A stretch of 62,674 bases of DNA, filler included, from Chiloscyllium plagiosum (lineage: Eukaryota): assembly GCF_004010195.1 (NCBI RefSeq). It is 4 parts of one record of this genome, joined end to end, with 100 filler letters (N's around TTAATTAATTAA, not from the genome) between each part and the next. Parts side by side here need not be neighbours in the genome. Positions count along the whole stretch, not along the records: positions 59,070 to 62,674 come from NC_057714.1; 3 more parts are not named here. One strand, given 5' to 3'. Numbering within the stretch: the first letter of the stretch is position 1; the number at the start of each line of letters is the position of its first letter. Shown piece by piece: positions 61,832-62,674 of the stretch. Made by a program: the position numbers and the translations under genes. The notes under the pieces were generated by a model. It saw only the letters and a program-made list of their open reading frames with translations. It was not told the origin of the DNA and searched no databases.

Positions 61832-62673
61832 CTGAGCTGGAAGGTTTGCTTTCAGACGTTTCGTCTCCATACTAGGTAACATTGTCAGTGAGCCTCCGGA
61901 TGAAGCACTGGTGGTATGGTCTGCTTTTTATTTATGTGCTTAGGTTTTCTTGGGTTGGTAATGTCAATTCCTGTGGTGATGTCATTTCCTGTTCTTTTTC
62001 TCAGGGGTGATAAATGGGATCTGAGTCAATGTGTTTGTTGATAATTTTCGGTTGGAAATGCATTGATTCTAGGAATTCTTGTGCGTGTCTCTCTTTGGCT
62101 TGTGATAAATGGGATCTGAGTCAATGTGTTTGTTGATAATTTTCGGTTGGAATGCCATGATTCTAGGAATTCTTGTGCGTGTCTGTGTTTGGCTTGTCCT
62201 AGGTTGGATGTGTTGTCCCTGTTGAAGTGGTGTCCTTCCTTATCTGTCTGTAAGGATATTAGTGAGAGAGGGTCAGGGTTAGCGTTAGGCACCAGGATAC
62301 ATGAACATCAGCTAGCCACAAAAAGAGACGACCCACTCTCACTAGTATCCTTACATACAGATGAGGAAGAACACCACTTCGACAGGGACAACACATCCAT
62401 CTGAGGACAAGTCAAACAACGACACACACGAGAATTCCTAGAAGCATGGCATTCCAACCGGAACTTTACCAAAAAACAGATTGACTCAGATCCCATTTAC
62501 CACCCCTGAGAAAAAGAACATGAAATGACATCACCACAGGAAATGACGTTACCAATCTAAGGAAACCTAAACACATAAATAAAAAGCAGGCCATATCACC
62601 AGGGCTTCATCCGGAGGCTCACTGATGATTTTACCTAGTATTTAATATCTGAAAACAAACCTTCCAGCTCAGC
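61832..62673. mobile_element. Inverted pair of Penelope 3' ends (GIY-YIG C-terminus + terminal repeat)
   Basis: TRIHEHQLATKRDDPLSLVSLHTDEEEHHFD..REFLEAWHS on + (62291 onwards) is mirrored on - (61832-62283); the left arm has a ~95-bp internal duplication. Confidence 0.85.
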
Positions 62674-62674
62674 A

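Overview
Eukaryotic, repeat-dense vertebrate DNA, almost certainly from an elasmobranch (shark): it carries several HE1-type tRNA-derived V-SINEs and many CR1 (HER1-like) LINE fragments. There are two host genes on the + strand. The first is a complete 3-exon C8orf82/UPF0598 orthologue (CDS 4246-4416, 12142-12190, 23259-23707; 222 aa). The second is the 5' part of LRRC14 (CpG-island promoter ~27.05-27.56 kb, first coding exon 30426-30751); its remaining conserved exons were not found in the window. Most other sequence is decayed mobile DNA: CR1, a near full-length L1 with a target-site duplication (TSD), Rex1/Babar, pogo/Tigger, Penelope-like elements (PLEs) and SINEs. Three things stand out. 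(1) A decayed A-lineage R2 retrotransposon (three zinc fingers, Myb, RT) sits in an LRRC14 intron with no flanking 28S rDNA, and has a degenerate HDV-like ribozyme fold at its 5' end. (2) A family of PLE-derived short inserts carries minimal hammerhead-ribozyme motifs and often forms fold-backs flanked by 10-27 bp direct repeats. (3) Two minisatellites in C8orf82 intron 1 are built from splice signals: 18 perfect CAG|GTGAGT donors just after exon 1, and a branch-point-like array abutting exon 2. All family assignments come from motif recognition by eye; no searches were run.
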